In this document: one piece after another, positions 9,351-17,981 of the stretch | Layout of the letters: each line of letters opens with the position of its first letter | How positions within the stretch are numbered: the stretch's first letter is position 1 | From: Candidatus Fermentimicrarchaeum limneticum | GTDB taxonomy: Archaea > Micrarchaeota > Micrarchaeia > Burarchaeales > Fermentimicrarchaeaceae | Length of the DNA: 64,000 nucleotides | Direction of reading: 5' to 3' | Assembly (NCBI GenBank): GCA_013426015.1 | Contig: CP058998.1 | Span: forward strand, 794,758 to 858,757 | Translations under genes and position numbers: made by a program | Notes under the pieces: model-generated | What the model saw: only the letters and a program-made list of their open reading frames with translations | The model's database searches: none | What the model was told of the DNA's origin: nothing

Positions 9351-10277
9351 CTATCCCACGAACTCAAGCCACTCGTAATACCGCTCATCCTTTCCTTTCA
9401 GTACATCAAAGAATTTTGACTGCAGCTTCTGTGTTACTGGGCCTCTCTTCCCGTCCGCTATCCTCCTGTCGTCAACCTCCACGATGGGGGTAATCTCCGC
9501 GGCTGTCCCTGTGAAGAACGCCTCATCTGCTATATACAATTCCTCTCTGGGGATGTCCCTTATTATTACATCTATCCCCATATCCCTCGCAATTCTCATT
9601 ACGGAATCCCTTGTGACCCCTATGAGGATGCCCGCGTGCACCGGGGGAGTTATGAGCTTGCCCTGCCTGACTATGAATACGTTCTCTCCGGGCCCCTCTG
9701 CGATGTATCCGCTTATGTTCTGCATTATCGCCTCGTCATACCCTGCTTTCGTAGCTTCAATCTTTGCAAGCAGCGAGTTTGCATAGTTTCCTGAGCACTT
9801 GGACTGCGGCGGGACTATGAGCGGGTTTATCCTGCACCACGAGGAGATTTTTGTCCTAACTCCCTTCTCAATCTTCTCACCGAAATAATGGCCCCAGTGA
9901 ATGGGAATTATCGCGACGTTCGTGCTGAGTCCCTCTGGCTCAAGGCCGATGGACTCATGGCCATAGAACACAATCGGCCGTATGTAGCACTCCTTGACCT
10001 TGTTTATCCTCATCAGCGCAAGCGTTGCCTCCCTCAGCTGCTCCTTGGAATACGGGATTTTCATCATGTATGCCTTGGCGCTGTTGAAAAGTCTGTTGAG
10101 GTGCTCCCTCAGCCTGAACACCGCAGGACCCTTGTCTGTGTCGTAGCACCTTATCCCCTCGAATATGGCATTGCCGTATTGCAGGGAGTGGCACAGCACG
10201 TGGATTTTTGCATCCTCGAACCTCACGAACTTTCCATTCAGCCATATTTTCGGGAAGTGTTTCATTGGCATCACCAA
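9351..10277 (-). CDS. ilvE: branched-chain amino acid aminotransferase
   Basis: Class IV aminotransferase motifs (NGKFV..., FEGIRCY...REHLNRL) and typical length. Confidence 0.85.
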   Translation of the reverse strand: MVMPMKHFPKIWLNGKFVRFEDAKIHVLCHSLQYGNAIFEGIRCYDTDKGPAVFRLREHLNRLFNSAKAYMMKIPYSKEQLREATLALMRINKVKECYIRPIVFYGHESIGLEPEGLSTNVAIIPIHWGHYFGEKIEKGVRTKISSWCRINPLIVPPQSKCSGNYANSLLAKIEATKAGYDEAIMQNISGYIAEGPGENVFIVRQGKLITPPVHAGILIGVTRDSVMRIARDMGIDVIIRDIPREELYIADEAFFTGTAAEITPIVEVDDRRIADGKRGPVTQKLQSKFFDVLKGKDERYYEWLEFVG

Positions 10278-10307
10278 GAATTATAAATTGCTGGAGGTTT
10301 ATAACCT

Positions 10308-10913
10308 TTGCATATGGGCTGGGAGGAGACGTTTGAGAGGATTGCCAGCGAGCTGATGAAGGACCCTACTCACGACTTTGAGCATGCGAAGAGGGTGTGC
10401 TCCATTTCAATACGTCTTGCCAGAGAGGAGAATGCCGATGAGGAGGTTCTCAGGGCTGCCGCCCTGCTTCACGATGTGGGGCACTCGCTTGATGAGAAGG
10501 ATCATGAGAAGAAGAGCTTGGAGATTGCAACCAGCCTTCTTGAGATGACCGATTTTCCAAAGAACAAGATGGAGAAGGTGCTGGAATGCATAAGGGAGCA
10601 CAGGTTCAGCAAGGGCGAGCAGGCAATGAGCCTAGAAGCCCAGATTCTCCAGGATGCGGACAGGCTTGATGCCATTGGTGCTGTAGGAATTGCGAGGTGC
10701 TTCCTGTGGAGCGGTGAGCACAGGAAGGTTCTGAAGGAAGCGTTAAGGCATTTTGACGAGAAGCTTCTGAAGCTTAAGGACATGATGAACACGAAAAGCG
10801 GGAGGGAAATGGCCGAGGAGAGGCATAGGTTTATGCTGGGATTCCTAGAGCAATTGGAAAGCGAGAGAGGTATTACTCCTCAAACCTCTTCCACAGAGCC
10901 CTTTTATCATTGA
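10308..10913 (+). CDS. HD-domain phosphohydrolase
   Basis: HD signature in LLHDVGHS and a second metal-binding D in DADRLDAIG. Confidence 0.75.
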   Translation: MHMGWEETFERIASELMKDPTHDFEHAKRVCSISIRLAREENADEEVLRAAALLHDVGHSLDEKDHEKKSLEIATSLLEMTDFPKNKMEKVLECIREHRFSKGEQAMSLEAQILQDADRLDAIGAVGIARCFLWSGEHRKVLKEALRHFDEKLLKLKDMMNTKSGREMAEERHRFMLGFLEQLESERGITPQTSSTEPFYH

Positions 10914-11142
10914 GGAGCTCCTTTGCGATTGTCAGGAGCTGGGTGCTCACTTTCAGCGCCTCTTCTGGGGAGAGCTTTATTGCCTGCGCGCTTGCAGAGT
11001 TCATTATCCTTACTGTTACCAGGCCGTCCCTTGGGAAGCCGTTCACAAGCTGGGGCTCCTCGCTCTCTAACCTCAGGGCGTTCCTGTGGCTCCCTCCTTT
11101 ATCGTCCTTCCACCAGTGCACAATCTCATCTTCTATAGGCAT
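10873..11142 (-). CDS. small hypothetical protein, 89 aa
   Basis: ORF overlaps the 3' end of the HD gene by 40 nt. Its start lies 33 nt downstream (minus sense) of the TTTATAAA box of the 36-nt conserved element. Confidence 0.3.
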   Translation of the reverse strand: MPIEDEIVHWWKDDKGGSHRNALRLESEEPQLVNGFPRDGLVTVRIMNSASAQAIKLSPEEALKVSTQLLTIAKELLNDKRALWKRFEE

Positions 11143-11174
11143 ATCAGTCGCCCAGTAGAGAGGGTTTTGCTTTC

Positions 11175-11210
11175 TTTATAAAGGTTGGGAGGGGGTAACT
11201 TTCCAGTGAA
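11175..11210. promoter_or_regulatory. TTTATAAA-N8-GGGGGTAACTTTCCAGTGAA conserved element, copy 1
   Basis: Palindromic TATA-like octamer, an 8-nt non-conserved spacer, then a 20-mer identical to 32190-32209, with identical spacing in both copies. Confidence 0.4.
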
Positions 11211-11249
11211 GTATATAAACTCAAAATTGGCATTTATTGCGGTGGGAAT

Positions 11250-11657
11250 ATGAGGATTCTGAAACCTGAGAGGTCATTGTTTTTCAATCCGCAGGTGCGT
11301 GAGATATTGAACAGGGAGGCGGACAAGCGAGCTGTGGAGGAGCTTACAAGCGAAAAGCCAATGGAGCGCGTTGAGGCTGTTGAGAGGCTTCTGGAAGTTG
11401 TGAATGATGACAAACTGAAAAAGGAGCTGACGATTATTGTTACGGTAGCTAAGAAGGAGGAGTTTTTGAAGAAAATAGAGAAAGAAGAGGCGAAGGTAGA
11501 CAACATGACAAAGGAGAAGGCGGCAAAATACGAAAAACTGATAAGTGGGTATACTGCAGCAAAGACAAAGAGTGCTGAAGATATAGAGAATTTGGCGATG
11601 CAGAGGACAATGAGTGACTCTGAGCTCCAGCAAAAGCTGAAGAAAGTGCTAGCGTAG
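11250..11657 (+). CDS. small charged coiled-coil protein
   Basis: K/E-rich, heptad-like composition, 135 aa. No known motif. Confidence 0.4.
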   Translation: MRILKPERSLFFNPQVREILNREADKRAVEELTSEKPMERVEAVERLLEVVNDDKLKKELTIIVTVAKKEEFLKKIEKEEAKVDNMTKEKAAKYEKLISGYTAAKTKSAEDIENLAMQRTMSDSELQQKLKKVLA

Positions 11658-12332
11658 ATTTCTGTAATAATCGCAGAGCCTGTTCAGCACGCACAGGTTG
11701 CATTTCGGATTTCTTGCCGTGCATATCTTCCTTCCGTGCAGTATGAAGTTCATGTGCAGGCTTTTCTTCTCCTCGTCAGGAACCATCCTGTTCATCAACT
11801 CATGCGCCTTCTCAGGGCTCATGCCCGCAGGGATTATCCCTAACCTCTTAGCGACTCTCAGGTTGTGCGTGTCCAGAGGCATCATCGGCTTGTTGAATCG
11901 GAAGATGAGCAGCACGGAAGCGGTTTTGGGCCCTATTCCCTTTATTGACTGAAGAAATTCCATTGCTTCATCGGCAGGCATGCCCTTCAGGAAATCAAGC
12001 TCAAGTTTGCCTCTCCTCCTTTTTATGTCCTGCAGCACGTGCTTTATCCTCCTCGCCTTTATCCCTGGAAGCCCACCGGAACGGATGGCCTTCTGGATTG
12101 CCCTCGGATCTGTCTTTAGGAGTATTTCCCATTTCGGAAACTTCTTCTTGAGGTTGTTGAACGCCCTTGAAGAATTCTTGTCAGTCGTGTTCTGCGAAAG
12201 AATTGTCTCGACAAGTATGTCCAGAGGATCAACTCTGGCGGTGTAGTGGTGCTCCCCGTACTCGTCCTTTAAGAGCGCGATTACCTCCCTCAGCTTCCTC
12301 TCTTTTTTCACAAATTTATTTAAGCCGCGCAA
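11649..12332 (-). CDS. nth: endonuclease III (HhH-GPD DNA glycosylase with a 4Fe-4S cluster)
   Basis: HhH GPD region (LPGIGPKTA..., catalytic LDTH) and a C-terminal CxxxxxxCxxCxxxxxC cluster (CTARNPKCNLCVLNRLC). Confidence 0.85.
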   Translation of the reverse strand: MRGLNKFVKKERKLREVIALLKDEYGEHHYTARVDPLDILVETILSQNTTDKNSSRAFNNLKKKFPKWEILLKTDPRAIQKAIRSGGLPGIKARRIKHVLQDIKRRRGKLELDFLKGMPADEAMEFLQSIKGIGPKTASVLLIFRFNKPMMPLDTHNLRVAKRLGIIPAGMSPEKAHELMNRMVPDEEKKSLHMNFILHGRKICTARNPKCNLCVLNRLCDYYRNLR

Positions 12333-12347
12333 TATAAATTGGTTAAC

Positions 12348-12494
12348 ATGCGAAGAGAAGGCGTTTGTTCAATCTGCGGCAAGGAGCTGGCAAGCTTCAC
12401 CTGCAGACTTTGCGGCGCTCTGGTGGGGCCTGCATGCTACGACCCTGCCAGCGGAGTCTGCGCAAGGTGCAGGAAGGGGAGGATGGCACCTTGA
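12348..12494 (+). CDS. zinc-ribbon mini-protein, 48 aa
   Basis: Translation MRREGVCSICGKELASFTCRLCGALVGPACYDPASGVCARCRKGRMAP has eight Cys arranged as CxxC/CxxC pairs. It is in a different frame from the ORF-track 12365 ORF, with a promoter-like AT box 20-30 nt upstream. Confidence 0.45.
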   Translation: MRREGVCSICGKELASFTCRLCGALVGPACYDPASGVCARCRKGRMAP

Positions 12495-12529
12495 ATCTAG
12501 CCGGGCTTGCCAAGGGAAAAGATGTGCTC

Positions 12530-13399
12530 ATGCCTTTCGGTGAGATGGAGGTGCTGCTCTACTACGGAATTGTCGGCAGCAGGCTTGTCGATTTTATAAA
12601 AGGGAAGGAGATTGCAGCAAAGAACTGGTTTCCTCCCAAGGGGGGAATGCCCAAAGTACTGAAAAGAGGCTCGAAGGAGGAGCCGCTTTACATAGAAGAA
12701 TTCGTGGATGCAATCACGCCGGAATTCCTCTCGCTGAGAAAGAAGCATCTTGACGAGGCAAGGGGGGATCTGACCCATTCGCAGGAGAAGATTTGGCGCT
12801 ACTTTGTCCCTAGGAAGCTGTCCGACTTCTTCTACGCAACCAACACTGAAGGGGAGGGCAAGCCAATTGACAGGATTTTCTTTGACCTGGACAGGGGGGA
12901 AGGGGTCACATCAGAATACACGCAGCAAGTTGCAAGGGAATTTGTCGATGTGATGGAGGGAGACTTGAAGAAGCTGGACTGCTCAGAACCGTTCGTGCAG
13001 TGGACAGGAAGCTCCTTCCACGTTTACCTCTTTTCGAAGAAAAAGATGCCTCCCTCATTCTATGGGGAGAATTTTCAGGTCAGTGCAAAATGGGGATTGC
13101 AAACAACAGCGCAGAGGTGGGTCGAAGAACTCAAGAAAAGAAATCTAAAAGTCTCAAGCAGTCATGAGAAGCTGAAGGGAATTGTGAGTGTAGACCCGTC
13201 ACAGACTCCTTCGGGGAAGCTTGCTAGGGCTCCATTCTCCCTGCATATGAAGGATGAGAAGACAGTTAACGGAGTTGCAATCCCGCTTGGGGTTGAGATG
13301 CTGGAAGAAAGGGGACTGGTTGACGAGCTGAGAGACTACACGCCGAATAAAGTTGTTGATGAACTCGACGCTCTTTCAAAAAGGCTGCCGAAGTTGTGA
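12530..13399 (+). CDS. archaeo-eukaryotic primase superfamily protein, LigD polymerase-domain-like (PolDom/PrimPol)
   Basis: Motif I IFFDLDRGEGV (compare the LigD-Pol VFDLDPGEGV), motif II WTGSSFHVYLF (SGxxGhHhY), and motif III SVDPSQTPSGKLARAPFSLH (compare DxSQNxxGKTxVAPYSLR). The start is ambiguous: GTG 12524, ATG 12530, or upstream in-frame codons. Confidence 0.7.
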   Translation: MPFGEMEVLLYYGIVGSRLVDFIKGKEIAAKNWFPPKGGMPKVLKRGSKEEPLYIEEFVDAITPEFLSLRKKHLDEARGDLTHSQEKIWRYFVPRKLSDFFYATNTEGEGKPIDRIFFDLDRGEGVTSEYTQQVAREFVDVMEGDLKKLDCSEPFVQWTGSSFHVYLFSKKKMPPSFYGENFQVSAKWGLQTTAQRWVEELKKRNLKVSSSHEKLKGIVSVDPSQTPSGKLARAPFSLHMKDEKTVNGVAIPLGVEMLEERGLVDELRDYTPNKVVDELDALSKRLPKL

Positions 13400-13403
13400 T
13401 TGG

Positions 13404-13826
13404 ATGGAACTGAAAAATCTGCTTCATGGCAATGTAGTAATCCTTGGGGTTGGGAACGAGCTGCGCGGAGACGACGGAGTCGGAGTCTACATAGCAAAAA
13501 AACTGAAAGGTAGGAAGGTCATCAATGCGGGGGTTGCGCCTGAGAACTTCGTAGGCAAGATAAAGAAGATGAAGCCGGAAAGGATTGTTATCTTCGATGC
13601 GCTTGACTTCGGAGGCAAGCCCGGCGAGGTGAAGGTTGTTGACGCAAGAAAAACAGAGGGATTGAAAATCTCAACACACTCCCTCCCATTGTCTTTCTTC
13701 TGCGGGCTGTTTGGGAAAACAGAGATTTATATTGTTGGGATACAACCTAGGAACAGGGAGTTTGGGGGCAGAATTGACAGGGAGGTTAAGAGAAGTGCGG
13801 ATGATCTGATTAGGGGTTGCATTTAA
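13404..13826 (+). CDS. HycI/HybD/FrhD-family maturation endopeptidase-like protein
   Basis: ILGVGNELRGDDGVGVY matches the GNxxxxDDGxG motif of hydrogenase maturation proteases. Starts 5 nt after the PolDom stop. Confidence 0.65.
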   Translation: MELKNLLHGNVVILGVGNELRGDDGVGVYIAKKLKGRKVINAGVAPENFVGKIKKMKPERIVIFDALDFGGKPGEVKVVDARKTEGLKISTHSLPLSFFCGLFGKTEIYIVGIQPRNREFGGRIDREVKRSADDLIRGCI

Positions 13827-15094
13827 TGCCGGCGTTTTCTGTTCAGCAGGCTCTCATCTGCGTAGTAGAGTATAACGCCCAGCACTAGAACCGCCAGTGC
13901 AATGAGCCAGATGTCAGCAAGAAGGGAGAATGCGAGCGCCACGAATGTGATGATTCCAAGCACCGGAGGGATGGGGTAGAAGGGTATCCTGAATGCGGGC
14001 CTTGTCCTGCGGTTTATGGCTATTGCCGCATAGTTGACAAGTAGGTGGCTCAGTATTATAAGGAATGTTGCAAGCGAAACTACCTCCTTCAGGTTGCCGA
14101 TCAGGGCAAGTATCGCCATAGGTATGCCGGTGAGCAGTATCGACACGTATGGTGTGCCGTAGCGAGGGTGGATGTAGTTTATCAGTCTGGGAGTCTGGTG
14201 GTTCCTAGACATGGAGTATATTATCCTCGAGACTGAGAGGATTATTGTGTGCAGTACGGTTGCTGTTGCGAATACTGCGCCAAGCGATACGAGCAGGGCA
14301 GCGGCATCGTTGCCAGTGGCTCTCATAACATCCGCGAGAGGCGAGCCCGAGCTTGCAAGCGTCCTGTAGTCCATAACGCCCACTGCGGTGAAGCTCACGA
14401 AGAGGTAGAGCAAGGCGGATATGGCAAGGGAGAGGAGTATTGAAAGGGGCATGGTTTTCTTCGGGTTAACCACCTCCTCTGAGATGGTCGTCACATTGCA
14501 GTACCCCAGGTATGCGAACATCATCACGGCCGCGCCTCCGACCAAGCCTGAAAAGCCATTTGGGAATGGATTTGAGAAGTTGGACGATTTGATATATGGA
14601 ATCCCAAGAAACACGAACAGAAGCAGTATAATGACCTTGAGGATGACCAGCACGTCATTTACGATTTTGGACTGTTTTGCCCCCATTAAGTTTATCAGCG
14701 TGAAGAGCAGGCATGCTCCTACGGCAAGAAGGTTTGCCGGGAAGACCATGAGGATTCTCAGGTAGTCCGCCAGACCAAGGCTGACCGCAGCACCGGCAAC
14801 TATGTTGCCGATGATGAGCATCCACCCAGTCATGAATCCAAGGAAGGGGGAGAGGACCTTGTACGAATATTCGTATGCTCCTCCCTCTTCAGGTATGACG
14901 GAGCACAGCTCGGCGAAGCTGAAGGCGGTGAACATTGAAACGATACCTGCTATGATTACGGAGTATATGACGCCGGGACCTGCCATATCGGCAGCCACTC
15001 CGACTATCACGAATATTCCCGCCCCGATTATCGCCCCGAGTCCCACAGAGATTGCATCGAATAGGTTGAGTGTTCTCCTCAATCTGGCTGCCAT
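13823..15094 (-). CDS. APC-family amino acid permease
   Basis: Twelve TM segments and an N-terminal FDAISVGLGAIIGAGIF motif typical of amino acid/polyamine transporters. Confidence 0.8.
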   Translation of the reverse strand: MAARLRRTLNLFDAISVGLGAIIGAGIFVIVGVAADMAGPGVIYSVIIAGIVSMFTAFSFAELCSVIPEEGGAYEYSYKVLSPFLGFMTGWMLIIGNIVAGAAVSLGLADYLRILMVFPANLLAVGACLLFTLINLMGAKQSKIVNDVLVILKVIILLLFVFLGIPYIKSSNFSNPFPNGFSGLVGGAAVMMFAYLGYCNVTTISEEVVNPKKTMPLSILLSLAISALLYLFVSFTAVGVMDYRTLASSGSPLADVMRATGNDAAALLVSLGAVFATATVLHTIILSVSRIIYSMSRNHQTPRLINYIHPRYGTPYVSILLTGIPMAILALIGNLKEVVSLATFLIILSHLLVNYAAIAINRRTRPAFRIPFYPIPPVLGIITFVALAFSLLADIWLIALAVLVLGVILYYADESLLNRKRRH

Positions 15095-15183
15095 ATGGGT
15101 TGGTGTAATCCTCGCATATATAAGATAGTTAGTTTATCCTCGCTTAGTTTGAGAATTAAAAGAGTGGAAGAGTAGATTTAAGC

Positions 15184-16062
15184 ATGACTTATAGGATAGC
15201 AAAGCCGGGGGACATAATTGTTGAGGCGCAGAAAGCTTATCCCGGATCATTCCACGAGAAAGTCGCCAGCAGTCCCCTCATGGATGAGTTCTATAGGAAA
15301 GCAATTCGAATGTCGGGCATTGCGGAGCTTATAGAAAGGAGTGATAGAACTGTCACAGTCGTAGATGTTTGCGGGGGAAGGGGGAGGGTTGGGGAGATAT
15401 TGAAAGAGATGACGAAGAAGGAGTTCAGCTACGTCGTTGTTGACATAAGCATGAGGGAGCTTGGAAAAGATAGGTGGAAGGACAGAATTATCGGCGATGC
15501 GACCCATATCCCGCTTGCAAACGCAACAGCAGATGCAGTTTTCTTCCTCAACATGCCAGTTCCGACGAGCATGGTTGAGAGGCGCGTTGCGAGGATGAAA
15601 CCCGGGAGCACTCAGGAGGTTGAGGAGAGGTGGGAGATAGCTGAGAACCTCCGCAAAGCAGGTGACGCACTTTATAATCTCAACATTCTGGAAGGGATCA
15701 GGGTGCTGAAGCCTGGTGGCTCGCTGCTTGTTGGCGCGAAATATACCGGTCAGACAAGAAAGGATAAGGAGAAATGGGCTGAGAACCTTCCGCTTACAGT
15801 GGATAGGGTAGAAAGAGCGGAGCTGGACAGCAGAGTGATACCTCTTTGGAGAAATTATGGAGTTGACATAAACGAGTCGGTTTTTTCCATAACCTCGTTC
15901 ACCAAGACGCATGGGGAGATTGGAAAGCTGGTCGGTGAGATGCAGGGGGAGTTGGAAAGAAGATTGGACACGCTCTCAGAAACTAAAACTTTTGAAAGAA
16001 TTCTTGAGGAGATGAAAAAGGAGATGGAAGCGAAGAGTCGGGACTTGGATGAATTGCAGTGA
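15184..16062 (+). CDS. class I SAM-dependent methyltransferase-like protein (paralog A)
   Basis: Motif I VVDVCGGRGRVG, an acidic end of beta2 (VVVDIS), and motif III IRVLKPGGSLLVG. Carries a C-terminal acidic coiled-coil tail. Confidence 0.55.
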   Translation: MTYRIAKPGDIIVEAQKAYPGSFHEKVASSPLMDEFYRKAIRMSGIAELIERSDRTVTVVDVCGGRGRVGEILKEMTKKEFSYVVVDISMRELGKDRWKDRIIGDATHIPLANATADAVFFLNMPVPTSMVERRVARMKPGSTQEVEERWEIAENLRKAGDALYNLNILEGIRVLKPGGSLLVGAKYTGQTRKDKEKWAENLPLTVDRVERAELDSRVIPLWRNYGVDINESVFSITSFTKTHGEIGKLVGEMQGELERRLDTLSETKTFERILEEMKKEMEAKSRDLDELQ

Positions 16063-16100
16063 AAGGAAGGGATTAATACTCAGAAAGTCATAATTTATTT

Positions 16101-16940
16101 ATGGTTCACAGGATATCACAACCAGATGACATACTTATTGAGGCTCAGAAGCTCTACCCAAAGAAATTTCACGAGGTTTCCGAGAGTAGCTACATGGATG
16201 ACGTGTACCGCAAGGCTGCAATTATGTGTGGGATTAGGGAGCATCTAAAAGCTACAAGGGGGGATGTTAATGCTGTTGATATTGCGGGTGGGAGTGGAAG
16301 ACAGGGGCGCATTATCAGGAGCTTGGTGAAGGAGGATTCTGGGAGAGTTGTCATACACAATGTTGATATAGGCAGAGGGGAGTTCCGCAGGGGTAGGGGG
16401 GATGAGAGAACCATTGGGGATGTCATGCATCTTCCGCTCCCAGACAAAAGCATGGATTTTGTGTTCATGAATAACATCCCGATACCGCTCTCGCATGTGA
16501 AGTACTATGTAATCAACATGAAGGATGAGACAGGCAAAAAAGAGCAGATTCTTGAGATGCTTGAGAATGCAATCGATGCCCAGTACAAGCTCAATCTGCT
16601 GGAGGGCATAAGGGTGCTCAAGGAAAACGGCGTGATGATGCTAAGCGGCAAGCACGTCGGCCAGACCGGGGAGAGCATTCAGAGGAACCTGGACGATTTG
16701 CCGCTGAAAGTGGATAAGTTTGAAGTTGTGGAGCTAGAGAGCGGAGTAGTCCCGCTGTGGAGGAAATACGGCATAGACATAGAGAAGCCAACCTTCATGA
16801 TTGTTTCGCTCAGGAAGACCGGTGATGCGGAGGGGCTGGTAGACTTCTACGAGCAGATGCGTTACACATCTCTGGAGCAGCTCCTGAGGATTGAAGAATT
16901 CGACAAAGTTCTGGAAGAGATGAGAAAGGCAAAGGCCTAG
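16101..16940 (+). CDS. class I SAM-dependent methyltransferase-like protein (paralog B)
   Basis: Collinear with paralog A (AVDIAGGSGRQG, IRVLKENGVMMLSG), with about 40-45% identity to it by eye. Tandem duplicate. Confidence 0.55.
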   Translation: MVHRISQPDDILIEAQKLYPKKFHEVSESSYMDDVYRKAAIMCGIREHLKATRGDVNAVDIAGGSGRQGRIIRSLVKEDSGRVVIHNVDIGRGEFRRGRGDERTIGDVMHLPLPDKSMDFVFMNNIPIPLSHVKYYVINMKDETGKKEQILEMLENAIDAQYKLNLLEGIRVLKENGVMMLSGKHVGQTGESIQRNLDDLPLKVDKFEVVELESGVVPLWRKYGIDIEKPTFMIVSLRKTGDAEGLVDFYEQMRYTSLEQLLRIEEFDKVLEEMRKAKA

Positions 16941-16971
16941 TGCTTCAAGCCGCAGCTTTAAAAATCAAAAA

Positions 16972-17922
16972 ATGCATAATTCAGGTATGGAAAAGTATAG
17001 GGAGGAAATGCCCCTCAGGGAGCACATAGAGAGCTTCAGGAGAAACCGGGTGCTTGCCGACTCTTTGAAATCTCTTGGACTCACTGATGAGGCGCTCGTA
17101 TTCACAAGGCACGGCTATGCAACTGCCGTGACCGAGGAGGGCTCCAAACAGCTTGAAGAGCTTGCCAGAATAAGCACAAGAATTGATAGAAGGAATGTGT
17201 ACGAGCTGCAGAGCGTGGGAGTTGGCGAAGTTTTTGGCAAAATCACGTTTGTCAGGGAGTTCGTGCTGCCTCCAGAAAAACTTATTCTGGCAGTTCGGGG
17301 AGGGGGGGATTTGGAGATTAAGGGCATGAGGACTGCAAAGACATTGCTTGGGGAGTATATGAAAATTGAGGAGCAGAGGGACCGCAGCAGCTTCATGGCT
17401 GTATTGCTGAGGGTCATTAACAAACCGGAAGAGAAAGACGTAAAGCTGCTTGGACAGTTTGAGGACAGGTTTGATGAGATATTTGTTAGAAGGGGCATGA
17501 CGATTGACAAAATTCTGAAAACTCCTTGGAGGATGCTGGCCAATACCGGGCGTATCGCCCATACAAAATACTACGAGGAGGATGTAAGAAAAGCAGGTGT
17601 TGAAGTTTTCGGAACTCACATACACCTGAGCAACCTTATACCATCGCCCTATGATATATACACAAACGCAGGGCCTAGGCAGAGGATTGAATGGACAGGC
17701 ATCATGCTCGTGCGTATGGGGAGCTGGTGGGAGACTCGGCTCAGCAATGAGAATTTCGCGGCATTCCACTCGAACATAAACGACCCTGCAGGGCTCAGGA
17801 GGATAGTGTCAGAGTTGAGTGATGAGACTCCCCTAGGAGCGTTCTATATGTATAAGGACTTCGTGCAGTCAAACAGAGCTCGGATGATGAGGTATGAGGA
17901 GCTGCTGGAGAAAGTAGGCTGA
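16972..17922 (+). CDS. hypothetical protein, 316 aa
   Basis: Coding-like composition. The antisense 262-aa ORF has junk composition rich in P/C/H/Q. No confident motif. Confidence 0.45.
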   Translation: MHNSGMEKYREEMPLREHIESFRRNRVLADSLKSLGLTDEALVFTRHGYATAVTEEGSKQLEELARISTRIDRRNVYELQSVGVGEVFGKITFVREFVLPPEKLILAVRGGGDLEIKGMRTAKTLLGEYMKIEEQRDRSSFMAVLLRVINKPEEKDVKLLGQFEDRFDEIFVRRGMTIDKILKTPWRMLANTGRIAHTKYYEEDVRKAGVEVFGTHIHLSNLIPSPYDIYTNAGPRQRIEWTGIMLVRMGSWWETRLSNENFAAFHSNINDPAGLRRIVSELSDETPLGAFYMYKDFVQSNRARMMRYEELLEKVG

Positions 17923-17981
17923 TTGGTTATCTGAGCCGTTTTCACCTGTTCATACGAGATAGTTTATACCCGGAAGGCTGA

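Noticed and set aside
12365-12529. The first 55 codons of the ORF-track ORF 12365-13399.
   Set aside because: This segment is better explained by a separate zinc-ribbon ORF in another frame (12348-12494). The primase-polymerase domain begins near 12524-12530.
13353-13403. N-terminal extension of the HycI-like ORF (MLMNSTLFQKGCRSCDW).
   Set aside because: It overlaps the upstream gene's 3' end. The conserved protease begins at MELKNLL (13404).
16981-17769. 262-aa minus-strand ORF antisense to 16972-17922.
   Set aside because: Its composition is rich in P/C/H/Q and reads as junk. The plus-strand ORF has genome-typical K/E/R-rich composition.
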